Part shown: positions 1-13,860 of the stretch, one piece after another
How positions within the stretch are numbered: position 1 is the stretch's first letter
Layout of the letters: every line of letters starts with the position of its first letter
Source of the DNA: Felis catus
Taxonomy: Eukaryota
Assembly (NCBI RefSeq): GCF_018350175.1
Contig: NC_058382.1
Span: forward strand, 51,958,001 to 52,022,000
DNA: 64,000 nt
Reading direction: 5' to 3'
Made by a program: the position numbers and the translations under genes
The notes under the pieces: generated by a model
Told to the model about the DNA's origin: nothing
The model's database searches: none
What the model saw: only the letters and a program-made list of their open reading frames with translations

Positions 1-809
1 GAGGTCAAATTAGAATGGGAAATTTGCTCAGCTTCTTTCCACAACGCCCTCAAATGTCTACCCACCCGTAGACGGCCCAAATCAGTATGAGGAGCCTGCG
101 TTATAAGTAAAACCTTCATTCTTTATTTCCCACTTACTAAATTATGTCAGACTTTTCTCTATCAAGCGGTTTTACTTTGGTGTCAATACGTGGGAAGGGT
201 ACAAAGAGGCTGTGACGGGAAGGCAATGAAGACAGATTCGACTGGTTTTCCCAAGATCCAGAAGGAACCAATCACCCCTTGGTTTTTCCTGTATTGTCTG
301 AAAGAAAGAGAGAGCGAGCGAGAAAGACAGGAAGGAAGGAAGGAAGGAAGGAAGAAAATAAATAAATAATGGAAGTCTGGAAGTCCCTTGCTTTTCATAC
401 GAAAGCCTATCTGGTCCCCGGTACTTGTCCTAAAAAGCCCATTGTTAAGGTAAGAATAATCACACCGAGTCTTCCAGTTTATTCTTCTGTTAATTTCTAT
501 CTTCCCTTCGAAAGTATTTTTTAAGCATTTGGGGTAATTGCAAGGAAAAAAGTGTTGGCCGATGGGGGTCTGCAAAATAGCTGTAATTGATATTCTACAT
601 TAATTCTTACGGAAATAAGTCACTGTCTTAATTTTCTTTTCATTCTGAGGTGTGTTTCCCCCAAATACAATTCTTGGTTAATCCACAAAATCCTAATAGA
701 AAGGCTTCTCCTTTATCACGGACTCTCCACTCTAGCCATCGCTGTGAGTGAGTCATTCCCAAGTCCCACTGGAGCTGTATAGACACTTGAGCATGTGTAG
801 ACTCTGATG

Positions 810-810
<1 letters not shown>

Positions 811-852
<42 letters not shown>
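811..852. repeat. (CA)n microsatellite about 390 bp upstream of the CLEC3A TATA box
   Basis: About 21 uninterrupted CA units. Confidence 0.95.
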
Positions 853-856
<4 letters not shown>

Positions 857-1238
857 GTAGCTTTCCTAGTTTTTTGTGTGTGCCTTTTTTTTTTTTTTTT
901 TTTTTGCCCTGAAAACCGAATTGAGTTTCCTAGAACATTAAGTGAACTTCGGAGGTCCAAAGCAAGGGCTTACAAACTGAGGTCCTCACAGAGAGACTCC
1001 AAACTTCCTGAACTTTAAAAAAAGAAAAGAAGAAAGCAGGTAAAACCCTTAAGCTCTTAGTTAACTCTCATACACTCTGAAAAGGCAAGTCAAGTAGAAA
1101 ATGTAACCGGAATATTTAAAAAAAAAAAAAAAAAGTCTAACCCGAGACGCAAGAACAAGGGGACACCTTATGCTGTGGCCAGCCGAGGAATTGAAACATT
1201 TCGTCAGCAGGACGCCAGCCAACCTTCACACGCACTTT

Positions 1239-1244
1239 TATAAA
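1239..1244 (+). promoter_or_regulatory. TATA box of CLEC3A
   Basis: TATAAA (context ttttataaag) about 105 nt upstream of the CLEC3A ATG. Confidence 0.7.
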
Positions 1245-1347
1245 GCTGGCCCACGCCCTCCAGAGCAAGATGAGGCTGCCCAGTCCACTCGCCTCTTAGC
1301 TACTCCAGAGGAACTGGCAGAGTGGTCATCAGACTTACCCAAGAGCC

Positions 1348-1462
1348 ATGGCAAAGAACGGGCTTGTAATTTACATCCTGGTTATCACCTTACTCCTGGA
1401 CCAGACCACCAGCCACACATCCAAATTCAAAGCCAGGAAGCACAGCAAACGCCGAGTGAAAG
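1348..1462 (+). CDS. CLEC3A: CLEC3A (C-type lectin domain family 3 member A) coding exon 1: signal peptide and basic N-terminal segment
   Basis: ATG at 1348 in a strong Kozak context (GCCATGG). Translates MAKNGLVIYILVITLLLDQTTSHTSKFKARKHSKRRVK, recognisable as the CLEC3A N-terminus. Donor AAG|gtaatg after 1462; 115 nt, phase 1. Confidence 0.97.
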
Positions 1463-2166
1463 GTAATGGGGCTTTTCACTCCAGCAAAATTCTAGGATTG
1501 CTCAGGGTGGGGAGGGACTGGGCAGTGTTCATTTCCCAGTTCTGCCGGGAAAACTGTCTCCGGTGATCGTGCCATGCCATCATGTGGATATGGCATTTCA
1601 GAAAACAGAGTGACCTTTTAATTCTCTGGGACAGTTTGACACTTCAAGGAATCAGCAGTAGGCCTTTTGTTTTTAACAGAAAAAGTTTCTGTATTGTACA
1701 TCCTTTGTCAAGCGAGCTCAGCCACACAGAATGTTCTTTAGAGAGAGTCAACATAGATACGTGGATATCTGGTATTATGAATGAGGGATCGAGTAGAATA
1801 GACTGATTAATAGAGTATACTGTCTCATTCTTAGATACTGTATAACTGTTCAAATGTATTTGTAAGAGAGCTATACTCTTATCAAATGTATAGGTAAGGA
1901 CAGAGTTATTGTGATATGGCTTCCGTTTCGTCATTGGTTATCACGTGCGCATGTCTTCGTACCCCTGACAACATAAGGACAGTCTATGCAACACATTTAA
2001 GCTTTTTCACATCAGAGAGAAATTGAACCTCTTTTTAAATTTAAAAATATTTCTTCATGCGAAGTCACATCATGTTCGAAAACACTGTAATGCAAAACTG
2101 AATCTCCTAGCAATCCCCAAACCTGGGTGGCTCGAATTGAGTGAAGAGGTAAGAAAGAAAAAAACA

Positions 2167-2354
2167 GGGGCACCTGGGTGGCTCGGTTGGTAAAGCGTCC
2201 AACTTTGGTTCAGGTCACGATCTCACAGTTTGTGGGTTCGAACCCTGCATCGGGCTGTCTGCTGTCAGGAAAGGGCCCGTTTTGGATCCTCTGTACCCCT
2301 CTCTCTCTGCCCCACCCTTGCTCTCTCTCTCTTTCTCTCAAAATTAAAAAAAAA
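2167..2354 (+). mobile_element. CanSINE (tRNA-derived SINEC) in CLEC3A intron 1
   Basis: ggggcacctgggtggctcgg head, (CT)n region and A tail. Confidence 0.9.
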
Positions 2355-2946
2355 GTCCTGCAAAGAACAAAGACAACAGTAACTTATTTGCAATATGCTG
2401 AACCATAGCAAGAGGAAAAAAGTATTAAGAGAGAAGCAGAGTGATGTTTTAGCTCATCCCCTGAGTTATTTTCATTTTCCTCTCAGGATATTTCAGGGTG
2501 AATATAATGACACCATTTCCTTCTCAAGTTCACTGCCTTAGTAACAGAACATACCAAGCGTACCCATGGAGTTCAAGCCTGGATTTGACACACAGCATGG
2601 CCGGGGGGTTGGGTAAAAAGGAGGCTTGTCTTGTGTCCTGCTCTGAATATATTACAAAGTGCCCTTTTCAGGGGGCATTTATTTCTAAGATTTAGGTCTG
2701 ATGCAAGGTTTCTTCAGGGGGAATCTCTTTTCCTTATAAAATACTCCAGTTTCCTGTTCCCTCTATTGGATGGAAGGTTAAAATACTTCTCACGAATGAT
2801 AAAACATTTGGTGAAGATGAGAACAGGGAGAGCAAAGACACTGCGTGATGGGGCACTTTCATTGCTAGAGTCTCTTCACCGCTGGGAGGCAATGGCAAAG
2901 GGGTGACCGTGGGGGGAGGGGTGGGGGATGGGGCGTGAACACGCGG

Positions 2947-2949
<3 letters not shown>

Positions 2950-2977
<28 letters not shown>
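2950..2977. repeat. (TG)n microsatellite
   Basis: Directly visible. Confidence 0.95.
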
Positions 2978-2980
<3 letters not shown>

Positions 2981-5714
2981 ACGCGTGCTGTGGGGGCATT
3001 TCTAAAGCCATTCAGCTCAGGTGGTGCCGAGCTCCCCCAACCCACCCCCACCCACTCGCAAGAGCTCACTTAAGCTTCTTTCCGTGTGCCTTTTAACTGA
3101 CTGCGGACACCGTGTAAACATCAGCCTCCCCGAGGAATTTTTGCTGTTAGGTCAGAACGCAGATTCTAAACCAGTAAGTGAAGCAATAACCGTGAACTTT
3201 CCGAACACTTCTCTTTCCACCAACACGTACAATTTTAAAATCTTTTAAGTACCTGGGAATGATACCAAACCATAGAAATGCAAAAGGGAAAGCCATTTTT
3301 TTCTCTCCCAACCCTCTCCACAGAATTACCCACTGTTACCGGTCGGGAAATAGTATTACCAGAGTTTTTCTAATGCACAATGAAAACTTGATATTTTTAA
3401 ACAAATAAGTATTGGCTATTAATTTCTTTCATCTATTGGATCCTGGCTATCCACATAAGGCATACGCCCGTCCCTTTTACAGCCGCATAATCTTCCATTG
3501 CAAGGCTGGATCGTGATTCATGTACTCTGTTCTCTCTTGGTGAACTTCTGTCTGGTTTCCATCTTTTTTGATCCGATGCCTCGGTGAATGGCTTTGATCA
3601 CATATATGGACCCCATGCTAAGGTAGGACGTTAGGATACACCTCTAGGAAACGCAGGTTTAGCACACTCTCCAATCGTCTCCCAAAATAATGGCATCAAC
3701 CCAGGCCGCCTCGGTCTTCAGAGTATGAGAGTAACCCCCACACACACCTAACATCGCATCATCGGCTGAAGCTCTGCTAACCTAACCCCAAAACAAAACA
3801 CGTCTCTTAATTTGCATTTCTCTGATGGTTAATAAGGTTGACAAATGTTCCTTTTTTGGTTGTTAATGAGATTGAGGTAGAACTCCTGTGTGTGTTTCCT
3901 GGTTGCTTCCCAGGAATTATTTTTGCATTTCTGTACTGAAACTACTTTTGGAGAAAAACATCAAGAAAATGAAAGGAAGCTTTTTTCTTTTTTTTTTCTT
4001 TTTTAACTCAAAAGGGTTATTGAGTGATTTAACTCCAAAAACAAAATTTCCGTGGTATTTAAGCCATAGGTCTTAATAAATTATGTGTCATAGAAATGAA
4101 TAAAATATAATTTTTACAGTGAAATAATTGTTCCCTGCATTCAGTGTATACAAAACACATCCACGTTTGTCACAAAGGACAGAAGGCAAAGCCAAGCGAC
4201 CTGGATAATGATTGCCATAATGGACTCTCAGGAGTATAATATTATTCATGTGTCTTCATGTTAATTACAGTTTACAGCTTCCCTGTGGAGGGCACTTATT
4301 TATACAGAATGGAGCAGGAAGCTGAGAGGGAAGGGTGGTGACATTTGTATGGTTGACAACTTCAAACTTGGAAGCAAGTCTCCCGTGGTCTTTGCAAACC
4401 TGGCCTCCAACAAACAGTCGAGGGGCTTGCCTTCTGAATGCACCCTTATATTTACTCTGGATTGAATGGTCTCCTTGAGCAAATTCATGGGTTACTGTAT
4501 TTCTGAGCTGAGCTACTGGATGCTTTGAGGACTGATGTGCACTATCAAGTGAAAAGGAGGTGGGGTACACTCCCGGGTACCCCAGAAAGCATTTTCCTAA
4601 CCCAAATGTGGGACCACCTGGCTGGCAGATTGCAAGGTTAAGAGGAGGATGAATCAGCGTGCGTGGATTTGGGACCGTCCTGAAAAATCCAGGACAGAAC
4701 ACAGATTCCCCATATGGCATGTACATAAGGAGGCAGCTGGGGACAGTTGATACCAAGCTTCAAGCATCTCCTCTAAGGCCATGTGCCAGGGCCCAGGCAA
4801 TTACTGTGCAAGAGCAGATCAGAGTGATGTGAAGAGAACATACTTGGAGGGAGAGAGATTCAAATCCCAGCTGCACCGTAGCGGCTGGCTGACGTATGGC
4901 AGATTAATTCGGCTTTCTGTGCCTCTATTTCTTCTGTGAGCGGAGGATAGTGATGGTGTCTGTTTCATGGGAATATTGAAAGAATTAAGCTCCTGGTGCA
5001 CAGTATATGCTGGCTCTCAATATTGTTTTTTTTTTTTATTATTTCTTACAATTTATTATAATTCCTGCCTTTGAAGAGCTCAAACTGTCAATATCTAAGG
5101 CAGTCCCTATCAGTCCTAGGATCTTGTTTATTCATTCTATTAAGCATCAGAAGCACCATGGACAGGAAGATGTATGAAAGTGCAAGTAAAAAATAATTAT
5201 GGATTAAAGTGCTCTCAAGAAAAGTGAAAGGTTCAAAGAAAGAGATTAGTCAGATAGATGCTAATACAGAGAAAATACGGAGAAGAGGCGTCTAGAAGAG
5301 ATATTTCAGCTCAATAAGGAAATGGACAAGAGTTGGGGCAAGTGTATTCCAGGTGGGAGGAACCCAAAGGAAAGCGTCTGGAGATGACATACGTTGCTCT
5401 AAGATGCTCTGAAAGTCAACAGGTTGGATGCCTGATGGAGGGCGAGTCCCACAGGATGGGGCTGGCGAGGCATAGCAGCCCTGTCTCACAGAAGGACCTT
5501 CTGGTTTTATTAGCACAACCAAGCTCTATGCATCTTCCTGGCCGACTTCCTTTCATGCGTTACTTTTCATGTACACTGGGGTCAGTTTCATCAAGACCAC
5601 CCCCACCTTACATTCTGGATCCCAAAGTTTTATTTTGTTTTACTTTTATCTTACTCTAATCACATACTTTTCATTCCTCCTTCCCCACCCCACCCCCTCG
5701 AAAATATCCCCCAG

Positions 5715-5798
5715 AAAAGGATGGAGACCTGAAGACTCAAGTTGAAAAGCTCTGGAGAGAAGTCAATGCCCTGAAGGAAATGCAAGCCTTACAGACAG
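5715..5798 (+). CDS. CLEC3A: CLEC3A coding exon 2: coiled-coil trimerisation neck
   Basis: Acceptor ccccag|AA at 5714/5715 and donor ACAG|gtaaga after 5798; 84 nt, phase 1-1. Translates (E)KDGDLKTQVEKLWREVNALKEMQALQT, the tetranectin-family neck. Confidence 0.97.
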
Positions 5799-5914
5799 GT
5801 AAGACCCGACCCATCCCCATCGATGCTTTGTCTCAAAAGAGACAGGAAAAGAAATTGTGATTTGCCAGCAATTCAAGCCACGCCTAGAGTACATGTCAAG
5901 TCCTAGGTAACACC

Positions 5915-6139
5915 TTTTTATTTTTATTTGTTTACTTATTTTGAGAGAGAGAGAGAGAGAGGGAGAGAGAGAGAGTGAGACAGAATGTGAGCAGGGGAGG
6001 GGCAGAAGGAGAAAGAGAGAGAGAATCCCAAGCAGGCTCAGTGCTGTCAGTGCAGAGCCCGACATTGGGCTGGATCTCACAAACTGTGAGCTGAAATCAA
6101 AAGTCAGACGCTTCACCTACTGAGCCACCCAGGCACCCC
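5915..6139 (-). mobile_element. CanSINE in CLEC3A intron 2
   Basis: Reverse SINE ending tgagccacccaggcacccc; TSD cctaggt(a/g)aca. Confidence 0.9.
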
Positions 6140-7180
6140 TAGGTGACATCGTTTTGAAAGAGACATTGGCAAGCCAGAGGTGTGTCCAGGAGAGAGGATT
6201 CAAACGCAGGGGAGACAACTGTTTTTGGGAAATCAGCTTGGTTTTCCACTCCCTTCTCCTATATATGGCTGGTATAGAAATAAAAACAGGCGTGTCAATA
6301 ATGCATTTTAAAAGTGTGTTCATAATTCTTCTCTGATAGGCAATGAAACAGAATTGAAGCAAGTATTAATGGGTGAAAATAATTAGCATTCATCAGATGT
6401 TTATTACGTGCCCATCGGGGAGATCTGCTGAGGTTCAACTAAATACAGCATCACAGGACTCACTCGGGCCACACTGTGCATCAGATGCAAATGGAAGGAC
6501 ATTGGTTAGAACCACAGCTCTGCCAAAAGAGGGCAGCATTTAACACTCCTCTTTGCAAGGGGCTAGGGCTCCCAAGCAGTGGATGCAGCTGTCCAAGCTG
6601 CTGTCCCAGAGCTACCCTTCTTGGCTCCCAGGCGTAAGGGAAAGGGAGCCACACTGCGTGGGTTCAAGAATAGCCCTTGCTCACAAGACTCATACCCCCG
6701 CGATCCAATACCTCACATAACAACTCCAGAAGCAGAATTTCAAGGGTTCTGCAAGAGACCTGTCCGGTTACAAGAGTTAGCACTTTCAGGGAAAACTAAA
6801 GTTATGGCTTCCTATCAAGGATTTATAACTCCCAGGCCAGCTAAATGTTACCAGTTCAAGGTTATTTTTACCATAAGCGATGTTACTTGATACTACTACT
6901 GACGTATTCCCTTTATCGGGCTTCCAGGAACAGAATTCGAAAGTTAAAGGAACGTCAAATGCCCATGCAGGAAGCAAAAGGGTTTTATTAATGCTTTGCC
7001 CACAATTGGGCACTGTAAATGCTTCATAAACATTAACACATTAATCCTCCAACAGTTTATGAGATAGGTGCCGTTATTATTATCGTCATTTTATACATGA
7101 GGAAACTGAGGCACAGATAAATTAAGTATTTTCTCCAACAGTTACACACCTAGTAACTGTCAGAGCGAGGTTCTCCAATG

Positions 7181-7397
7181 CTTTTTTTTTAATGTTGTTT
7201 TTCACACTTACTTATTTTTGAGAGACAGAGTGTGGGCAGGGGAGGGGCAGAAAGAGAGGGAGACACAGAATCTGAAGCGGGCTCCAGGCTCCGAGCTGTC
7301 AGCACAGAGCCCAACGCGGGGTTCAAACCCACGAACCGTGGGATCATGATCTGAGCCGAAGTCGGACGCTTAACCGACTGAGCCACCCAGGCAACCC
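7181..7397 (-). mobile_element. CanSINE in CLEC3A intron 2
   Basis: Reverse SINEC; TSD ctc(c/t)aatgcttt. Confidence 0.9.
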
Positions 7398-8008
7398 TCT
7401 AATGCTTTGCCCTAAAACTATCTTTATGTTTGGTTTATCCTGGATAACCTAAACAATATTACCAGGGCTGAGTTATCTATGTAACAAAATCACTGTCTCT
7501 CCATATGTCAGCTCAGACTTTTGTCTGTTTTGTGTTTTAAATCATTATGAAATACCACCCAGTCCCAAAAGTTCCAAGGAAATTCAGCACACAATGGAGC
7601 TATACAAACTAGCAAGTAGGTATATATCAAAGCAGCATGAGACTAAAAACCATGTTTTGAGGGTGGGGTGGGACAGAGGTGGGTTTATGTAATTGTGATC
7701 ATCTATACTACGTAAGTTACATTTTTACACACTAAGTTGTTACAATAACAACTTCTATAAGCCTCAATAGTAAAGACAAGAGCAATACAATCTCATTTCA
7801 TGGGACTGCTGTGATTTTGACACAAATTCATTATTATAAAGTGCTTGGCATAGGGTCTGACACATACAAAATCTCCAATAAATGTTAACTCAGCATTATC
7901 ATCACATATCATTCATTCCACAAATATTAATGGCCGTTTTCCAAGTCCAGCCCTAGATGTCTAACATTCAAAAAGCCTCTTAATATATCCAATTTCACAT
8001 CTTTACAG

Positions 8009-8400
8009 TCTGTCTCCGAGGCACAAAGTTTCACAAGAAATGCTACCTTGCTTCGGAAGGCCTGAAGCACTTCCATGAAGCTAACGAAGACTGTATCTCC
8101 AAGGGAGGAACCCTGGTGGTCCCCAGAAACTCTGACGAGATCAACGCCCTCCGAGACTATGGTAAAAGAAGCCTGCCAGGTGTCAATGACTTTTGGCTGG
8201 GCATCAATGACATGGTCACCGAGGGCAAGTTTGTTGATGTCAACGGAGTCACCATCTCCTTCCTCAACTGGGACCGTGCACAGCCTAATGGCGGTAAGCG
8301 CGAAAACTGTGCTCTGTTCTCCCAGTCAGCTGAGGGCAAATGGAGTGACGAGGTCTGTCGTAGCACCAAGAGGTACATATGCGAGTTTATCATCCCTTGA
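8009..8400 (+). CDS. CLEC3A: CLEC3A coding exon 3: C-type lectin domain to the stop codon
   Basis: Acceptor ctttacag|TC. Translates (V)CLRGTKFHKKCYLASEG...DFWLGINDMVTEGKFVDVNG...QPNGGKRENCALF...GKWSDEVCRSTKRYICEFIIP* with TGA at 8398-8400. The three exons sum to 591 nt = 196 aa + stop. Confidence 0.98.
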
Positions 8401-9597
8401 TACACCCTTTGCAAGCTCGGTCACGATTTATAGGCTGATGGTTCACAAGAGGAAGTCAGAATTGTCACATGGGCATCTGTGCCCGTAGGAATACAAGAGA
8501 TACCCAATTTCTCTATCACGTTTCATTGTGATGTTGCCCTCTGTGGGCTACAGATCAGAAAATAATGATCCACCTACGTGCACACCGTTAATGTGGCTTC
8601 TGCAAAATGGGCTCTCAAATCCTCCCCAATTTCCTAGGCCCTCTCCCTTATCCAGAAACCAGGTCTGTGTTAAAAATACAAAATCCAGAAAAACAAGCTT
8701 AGGCTAGAAGATTTTCTCTTGGAAGTTTAGCAGACATTTTATTGATGAGAATTCTCTAAATCAGAGATTCAGGGTGCGGTATAATCTAGAAACCTCTCCG
8801 CCTGATGCCCCATCTGTTCCATCCCAGTCACAGCCCCTTGCTGGCCCGTTAACCTTTCTGAGTGGCTGCATCCCCTGGTGGGACTTGTACTGTGTCTGCC
8901 ACTTCAGAATACACATTTCTCAGAAGTGTTCTGATTTAACTTTCTTTTCTTCAAGACCCTCTTCCTGCACCATATATACACGCTGATTCTGAAAATGCTC
9001 AGTCATGATCTGAAAAGGAGTATATTTGGTCAACTTCTAGCCCCAGCATTACGTTACAATTTATGACTTGAATGAGTAACCCAAAGGCAGACTGTATGGG
9101 GAAATAAAATAGGAAAAAGAAAATATGTCTACTTTTCCCTTGCTTCCGTATCATTATCCTCCTGGATGAAATGGAGAGCTGATATTAAATATGTCAGCTT
9201 CCTTTTTTTATATACTTTATATACTTACATATATTTCAACAAGCATATATTTAAGTTTATTAGGGGCAATCTATCTTTGGAGGTTGAACATTGGATTTCA
9301 ATAGTACTATTTTGGAGTGATACATCTATGCAATATTTTATTCTGTCAAATGCTATTTCCATTAACTAGTTTAACCAGATTGTGTAAAATAACCTCATTG
9401 CCTAATAAGAAATTACAAAGCTTAGGCTTCTGGGAAATGGGCTTCTTAGAATCCAACAATTTTAAGTATATTATGTTCTTCAAGTAAGTGTCATTTTTTC
9501 CCTTAAATATTGGGTATGTCTTATGAGCAATATCCTTCTCTGCAAACATCAATTACGTGTGCTTGGAATTAAGTTTTAGTTTCTTTTACTGCATAAT

Positions 9598-9603
9598 AAT
9601 AAA
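9598..9603 (+). terminator. Probable CLEC3A polyadenylation signal
   Basis: AATAAA followed by a GT/T-rich downstream element (gttctgattgatgtg...tttggatgttg). An alternative AATAAA lies at 9103-9108. Confidence 0.55.
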
Positions 9604-10236
9604 GCCTGAGTTCTGATTGATGTGAAGGTATTTGGATGTTGATTATAGTTATTCAAACTATGTTGGTTTATATCAAACTTGGCACAATTTGGGGGGAGGA
9701 AATACCCCGTATCTGATTGAACTGGTGATTTAGATGTCTTAGGAGAATAACTTTATATGACAATAAAGACTTAAAGTCTGGAGGGAGGAGGGGAATATTA
9801 AAGAGAAAATTGTACCTACAACTGGTTTTGGTTGACCCTGACCAACTCTTTCCAACACAACCAGAATCTCCTTAAAGATTATGACAATAATGAAATTAGT
9901 AGACATTCATGGTATTCCATTCTCATCATATCCCAGGTACTGTACCAAATTTTACATGATTCTCATTAACCTCCAGAACAACCCTGGGAGTTAGGCTCCA
10001 GAATTGTTTCATTCCGCAGAAGAACAAAGTGAAAAAAGAGAGATGTGGTGACATGCCCCACATCACCTGCCAGGAAGTAGTGGAGTTATGAGCAGAATCT
10101 AAAACGTTGACTCAGATCCTACATCCTTGGTAACTATGGGGGAACTGAAATAATATCAAGCCTGTTCAAGTGGGCAAGGAAGTGGACTCTAATCGTTTTC
10201 TTTTTTGGGCTACCGTTTTAGTCAAACAGATGGCCT

Positions 10237-10737
10237 TTTTTAAAAAAAAATTTTTTTTAATATTTATTTATTTTTGAGAGACAGAGTGAGACAAAATGAG
10301 ACTGGGGGAGGGGCAGAGAGAGAGGAAGACACAGGATTGGAAGCAGGCTCCAGGCTTTGAGTTGTCAGCACAGAGCCTGACGCGGGGCTTGAACCCACAG
10401 ACTGTGAGATCATGACCTGAGCTGAAGTCGGACGCTCAACAGACTGAGCAACCCAGGTGCCCCGAAACAGATGACCTTGATAAGTCTGAGATTGTTTCAA
10501 AAGGGTGAATAGGGGCGCCTGGGTGGCGCAGTCGGTTAAGCGTCTGACTTCAGCCAGGTCACGATCTCGCGGTCCGGGAGTTCGAGCCCCGCGTCAGGCT
10601 CTGGGCTGATGGCTCGGAGCCTGGAGCCTGTTTCCGATTCTGTGTCTCCCTCTCTCTCTGCCCCTCCCCCGTTCATGCTCTGTCTCTCTCTGTCCCAAAA
10701 AATAAATAAACGTTGAAAAAAAAAATTAAAAAAAAAA
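10237..10737. mobile_element. Two CanSINEs head-to-head (minus about 10237-10463, plus 10512-10737)
   Basis: TSDs aaacagatg(g/a)cc and aaaagg(gg)gtgaata; the second copy is young and CpG-rich. Confidence 0.92.
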
Positions 10738-12266
10738 GGGGGTGAATAAAGACAACCAGCGATCATCTAAATCAGTGTCAGAGTTTGGGTTCCCAGGAGA
10801 AGAGACTTACAGATACTAAGATGATCCTTCTCCCAAGTACCCCAACCAGAAAGAGCAAGAGAAGACACTTAATTCAAAAGACTGGATGAAGGTTAGTGAT
10901 GGGAAATCAAAATGAGTTCAGCATGAGGAAGAGCAAGCAGATGGACAGGAGACAGAACAAGACAGAAAGGAGTGGATGAAGAAATTATCTGGTTTGCCCA
11001 AGGCCAAATTCATGATCTTGATTTCATTACCTCCCCAACAAATTATCCCAAAGCCACACCCACAAGATTCCCTAACCTAGGTTTCCCTTTGGTCTGTTTG
11101 GCTTGTGGGGCACTATTTAGGAAAAAACAATTGGTCCTCAGGCAAGATTCATAAATAGGTCTTAACTCTTAGGCCAACTTTTCTGTCTCCATGAAAGCTA
11201 CCAGACTAGGTAGAGAATGTGGACAAGCATCCTAAAGTCTGGTGGAAAGGGCAGCCTGAGAAATTAGTAATGTCTCTCACAAGTTCATGGTAGGAGGCCA
11301 TCAACATTCATTAACATTGTCATCCCTCGGGTTAACACTTAGGCTTCCTGAAGATATCAATTATATTCAAAGCCCAACAGTCAAGGCCCTACAAGTTTTC
11401 CCAGGAAGCTGATTCTCATCTCTAGAGCGGTGCTTCTCGAACTTTGTTGTGCTTCCAAATCACCTGGGAAATCTGTTAAATTGCAGATCCCAAGGATCGG
11501 GGCTAAGGTCCCAACTTCAGCACTTCTACCATGAAGTGAAACCACGCCCACTAGATCACGCACCGCAGTCTGACTGCAAGGGCCTGAAGCTTTAGTTACT
11601 TGCCCAGAGAATCTCTGATGGATTCCTGAAAGTTTGTTTCACTTTAGCTCAAATGTCAAGGGTAAGATCTACAGTTCATCTGAGCGAAGAACAATACTGA
11701 GAGCAATTTTTTTACTTACCACAGATGCCATCCATATCATTAAATGAGGTACAAGGTAAAAATCAATTAATTCAAGGAAACATCAATAAGAGAGGCTCAA
11801 ATTCATGATGTGAAGGAGAACTTATTGCAATGCTTAATGATTTCTTTCTCTTCCCTAGCATTGCTGAATAGCATTTCTTAAACTAAAAATAAAGTTATAG
11901 TCTTTCCTGCTCTGAGGGTAGTGAAAACTAATCATATCCTCAAATAAAGCACATACAATGAATGAAGAAGCCACAAATTCAGCTAGTTAAGCAGAGAATT
12001 TAATCTGATGTCAGAAATTCAGAGGGTACCTACTGACTAGGTATTTGCTAGGCAATATTGGAGGAACAGAAAGGAAGTTATGGTACCTACACTCAAGGAT
12101 ATAAAAACATAGCACACAGGAGGAGAGCAAGACTATCCACTGGAATCTCAGAAGAAAATACTAGTACTTCTGTTCACATATGGAAGCTATGTGGATTTAC
12201 AGCTTATTAATATGTAGTTTAAATAGAACACCACAAAATGGTCAATGATTTAAATAAGTTTTTTTA

Positions 12267-12455
12267 GGGGCACCTGGGTGGCTCAGTCGGTTGAGTGGCC
12301 AACTCTTGTTTCGGCCTGGGTCCTGGTCTCGTGGTTCGTGAGATTGAGCCCCACATTGGGCTCTGCACTGGCACCATGGAGCCTTCTTGGGATTCTCTCT
12401 CCCTGTCTCTCTGCCAACCCGTAAAATAAATAAAATAAACACTTAAAAATAAATA
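12267..12455 (+). mobile_element. CanSINE
   Basis: ggggcacctgggtggctcagtcgg head with A-rich tail. Confidence 0.88.
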
Positions 12456-13631
12456 ACTTTTTGTGGAGAAACACCAAATTGAATATACACTAATGATTAA
12501 AAAAAAAAAAAAAACACATGCACACACAAGAGCAAGCACAGATGACAATTCTACTCCTAGCGTGACTGGTTCCAAGAGTCATACACAACCCAAGAAAAGC
12601 CCAGTAGAATCTTTTCCAGTGGTTGCCCTCTGACACCGAACAACGAAACTCTTTCTGCCGGAGATGCTACATTGGAACAGTGAATTTAGGGCTTCTGGCA
12701 GAATTCTTCCCTTCCAGATGGATGCAATGTGCAGAATGAAGGAAAACAAAGATGGTGATGATAGGAAATGATGAGGTGGGGTTGGGGTGGGGGGAGAAAT
12801 AAGCATGTGTATGTGTGTTCACATCATGCTGAGTTCATCATCTCTCAGGTCCCGGTTTCCGTTTCTGTAAATCCTGTGAGCTACTCCAATCCCTTCAAGC
12901 CACACAAGACAAGATGAGTTATCTTTTCCATTTGAACTAGTCTATGTTGGCTTATCGCCCAGGTTAGGCTATGATCTCACAGAGCTTCCCTCTAGATAGG
13001 CAAAATACACAAAAAATAAACAAGGTCTTTTCTGAAAAGGACATCACAAAATGTGGAAAGATCGACATGACAAGATGGCATCACTAAATGACATAATGAA
13101 AATAGCAACAGAAGGAAATGAAACAGGCAGATGGAAGATGGAGTGACCAGAGGGGGCAGTATTGGACATGATGGTCACCCCTTTCTCAGACAGCCCTCTC
13201 TCCACTGAAAGAGGGAATGGAAAAGAAAGCCACCTTAGATCAGCAGCAGGGCAAAAGTCCAAGAAAGAGAGACCCTGAGAGAAGTGAGTTACCCAAATCA
13301 CCCAGCAAGCCAGGGACAGGGTAGGGACTACAATTCACTTTCCTGTCTCCTAATTCAGAGTCTGGAACATGGCAGTCCAGGTCAAGGTCAGGTAAGGTCA
13401 TGCAACTTGGAGTCCCAAGACCCAGACTCTACACTTAGGACATATGGGATTCCAAGAATAAACTTTGGGTCCCTACACCTTATCTATCAGTAGGAATGAT
13501 AAATCATTCACAGCACTGTGAGCTGATTTGCAAATACAATTTATAAGCAAGCAAATATTCTAGATATGGCATCTTTATAGTTTTGCTACATTATAAAACC
13601 AAAACAACTCACCATAGAAAGAAGTTGAAGA

Positions 13632-13860
13632 GGGGCGCCTGGGTGGCTCAGTAGGTTAAGCACCCAACTTTAGCTCATGTCATGATCTCAGGGTTCATGA
13701 GTTCAAGCCCCATGTCAGGCTCTGTACTGACAGCTCAGAGTCTGGAGCCTGCTTCAGATTCTGTGTCTTCCCCTCTCTCTGCCCTTTCCCCCTTCTCACA
13801 CTCTGTCTCTCTCTGTCTCTCAAAAATAAATAAACATTAAAAAAAATTTTTTTAAAGAAA
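13632..13860 (+). mobile_element. CanSINE
   Basis: ggggcgcctgggtggctcag head, (CT) region, A tail. Confidence 0.9.

Noticed and set aside
1..1200. SOX9 paired sites or a cartilage enhancer upstream of CLEC3A
   Set aside because: Only weak, degenerate motif matches; cannot be supported without conservation or ChIP data.
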